From Camelus ferus (Eukaryota), in the NCBI RefSeq assembly GCF_009834535.1, contig NC_045696.1:55430001-55494000 (forward strand): 64,000 bases of DNA, in the 5' to 3' direction. Below the pieces are notes generated by a model. The model made no database searches and had not been told where the DNA came from. It worked only from the letters and a program-made list of their open reading frames with translations. The translations under genes and the position numbers were made by a program. This document shows, one piece after another, positions 63,715-64,000 of this stretch (position 1 is its first letter; each line of letters begins with the position of its first letter).

Positions 63715-64000
63715 ACACCAATCTTAAGCACTGATTTCTTAGATATGTACCAAAAGCACAAGCAATAAAGTAAAAAAAAATAGTTAGATTGATCAAAATT
63801 TAAAATGTCTGTGCTTCAAATGACATGACGTATAAAGTGAAATGACAGCCAACAAGAGAAAGAGAAAACATCTGTAAATCGGATGTCTGATAAGGGACTT
63901 CTATCCAGCATCTACAAAGAAACCTTAAAATTTAATAATAAAAAGACAAATAACCCAATTAAATAATGGACAAAGGTTTTGAATAAGACATTTCTCCAAA
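63715..64000 (+). mobile_element. Old L1 ORF2 fragment running off the window end
   Basis: gatttcttagatatgtaccaaaagcacaagc, tctgataagggactt, aaagacaaataacccaattaaa and gacatttctccaaa. Confidence 0.85.

Larger units (their letters stand above)
8584..64000 (-). other. IGSF11: Large first intron of IGSF11 (exon 1 lies beyond the window)
   Basis: I found no signal-peptide exon (MTSQRSPLAPLLLLSLH-like) and no CpG island above 8583. The sequence is repeat-rich and CpG-depleted, consistent with the long first intron known in mammals. Confidence 0.8.

Noticed and set aside
1..64000. A novel multi-gene system, CRISPR array or prokaryotic/phage operon
   Set aside because: The sequence is a mammalian intron with spliced exons and interspersed repeats. 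I saw no regularly spaced repeat-spacer array and no dense coding block.

Overview
Mammalian genomic DNA, most likely a camelid: it has two tRNA-Ala-derived Vic-1-type SINEs and I saw no Alu, B1, Bov-A/BovB, PRE or Can-SINE copies. The only protein-coding gene I can support is IGSF11 (BT-IgSF/VSIG3) on the minus strand. Three internal coding exons lie at 8420-8583, 6839-7046 and 3817-3972, with GT-AG boundaries and matching phases; they encode the IgV domain and half of the IgC2 domain. Everything above 8583 appears to be the large first intron. It is filled with L1, L2, MIR, hAT DNA transposons, MaLR LTRs, an ERVL-type pro-pol fossil, a U6 retrocopy and microsatellites. I found no evidence of a new multi-gene system, CRISPR array or prokaryotic feature. 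The best leads are a 5'-truncated U6 retrocopy fused to a non-U6 3' segment, a probable L1 3' transduction, a Ser at an IgV position I recall as Phe in human and mouse (F82S), five CACGTG E-boxes within about 570 bp, an LTR-less ERVL fragment between L1 pieces, and an unidentified GC-rich possible retrocopy. Repeat family names and boundaries were assigned by eye from remembered consensus sequences and are approximate.
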